From positions 96,001-160,000 of IMG/VR virus record IMGVR_UViG_3300025784_000006: a stretch of DNA of 64,000 nt. One strand, given 5' to 3'. Numbering within the stretch: the first letter of the stretch is position 1; each line of letters starts with the position of its first letter. Shown here one piece after another: positions 63,135 through 64,000 of this stretch. The notes under the pieces were generated by a model. That model worked only from the letters and a program-made list of their open reading frames with translations, searched no databases and had not been told where the DNA came from. Source of the DNA: a virus. Its lineage: Duplodnaviria > Caudoviricetes. A program made the translations under genes and the position numbers.

Positions 63135-64000
63135 ATGAGTGGCAACTTTGGATGGAGGGGAGAGTCTCGCGACCGCGACGACGCGGCCCCCAGCGCCTTC
63201 AGCGACGCACACAGCGCCTACTCCCCCGGAACCTCATATACCCGATCCATGCCGTCTGCGGATCCGGGTACCGTGGGGCCTGCCCCCTTCTCCCGACGAG
63301 TCGACCCCGACCCCGTGCCGCCCAGCCCCGCGTACCCTCCCGTCGACCTGACTGTACGCCCCCATACGATCTCGGCCCTGAACTACCTCGGGGTTGCCAT
63401 CGACACCACGGGGTCCGTGGGGCCGTGGCGACCGGAGCTGTTCAAGCGGCTCGCGTTCCTGTTCCTGAAGAGCTTGGACTTCCTCGGAGGAAAGTCAGGC
63501 CACAAGCATGACCCGACGGTCGACAACGACCCCCCCGACTCGGCTCCTGTCACCATGATCGACGGCCGCAAGATCTTGGAGCTCCAGTTCGTGGGCTTCG
63601 GGGACGCCTCCGTGAATGGGCGCTATGGACGGTCCGACACCATCGAGGTCGCTCCTCCCGGCTCGGGGCCCGAGCTCGAGGGGTACCTCCACCACATGCG
63701 CAAGGACTGCGACGGGGGAGGGAACGACTGCGAGTCGAGCGACATGGCCCTGCTCTACGCGGACCGGATGCTCAACTTCCCTCACAGCATCCGACAGAAG
63801 CTGTTCGTCATCGTGACGGACGAGCCGTACCCGGAGGTCATCGACCCGGAGCACGCCATGCGCTGGCTCGGCATCACCCTCCAGGCCCCCACCCCGCTGC
63901 GCAAGGTGGTCGACTCGCTCCGCACTCGCGGCTGGTCCGTCTGGTGCGTCCAGAAGCCCTACGGGAGCTACCCGTCGGACCCCACGACTCAGGCGACCCG
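63135..64000 (+). CDS. vWA-domain protein (runs off the window)
   Basis: Not in the ORF track; AGGAG SD; MSGNFGW..., AIDTTGS, FGD, GGGNDCES, IVTDE. Confidence 0.85.
   Translation, partial: MSGNFGWRGESRDRDDAAPSAFSDAHSAYSPGTSYTRSMPSADPGTVGPAPFSRRVDPDPVPPSPAYPPVDLTVRPHTISALNYLGVAIDTTGSVGPWRPELFKRLAFLFLKSLDFLGGKSGHKHDPTVDNDPPDSAPVTMIDGRKILELQFVGFGDASVNGRYGRSDTIEVAPPGSGPELEGYLHHMRKDCDGGGNDCESSDMALLYADRMLNFPHSIRQKLFVIVTDEPYPEVIDPEHAMRWLGITLQAPTPLRKVVDSLRTRGWSVWCVQKPYGSYPSDPTTQAT

Noticed and set aside
1-64000. Stop-codon reassignment or inteins
   Set aside because: Genes end at TAG, TGA and TAA with dense coding in the standard code; the visible parts of terL, dnaX, recA and recD2 show no intein-sized insertions

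Overview
This 64-kb, GC-rich window is part of a large tailed-phage genome. The host is probably a GC-rich Gram-negative such as Myxococcota (inference from the Cys-rich and FG-GAP lipoproteins). Most genes are on the minus strand. Layout: (1) 1-7.6 kb, terminase large subunit (cut by the window edge) and virion-type genes. (2) 7.6-27.5 kb, transcription/replication/recombination: sigma4-like protein, NusG, DnaX/HolA/HolB clamp loader, DnaN clamp, TOPRIM primase, Mre11 with a split Rad50, Cas4/AddB-like nuclease, RecA, RuvC, SSB, RecD2. (3) 27.5-28.7 kb, a non-coding locus dense in hairpins, with 58-bp direct repeats and 25-bp iteron-like repeats (candidate origin and/or new structured RNA). 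(4) 28.7-39.3 kb, two sigma-like genes, a 1248-aa modular protein built from a repeated unrecognised domain delimited by [KR]-x-A motifs, a C39-like peptidase carrying the same domain, and GroEL. (5) 39.9-64 kb, accessory genes: nicotinamidase-vWA-PP2C-kinase (TerY-P-like) operon, CobT/MoxR pair, second clamp, CinA-like/NMNAT-like fusion, DNA methylase, UDG, sigma factor, envelope proteins. A GGGTA motif lies 9-13 nt before at least 10 start codons. Two short ORFs absent from the ORF track were found (5215-5370 and 44359-44529). No tRNA, rRNA, CRISPR array or IS element was recognised. All protein calls come from motifs read by eye; no database searches were run.
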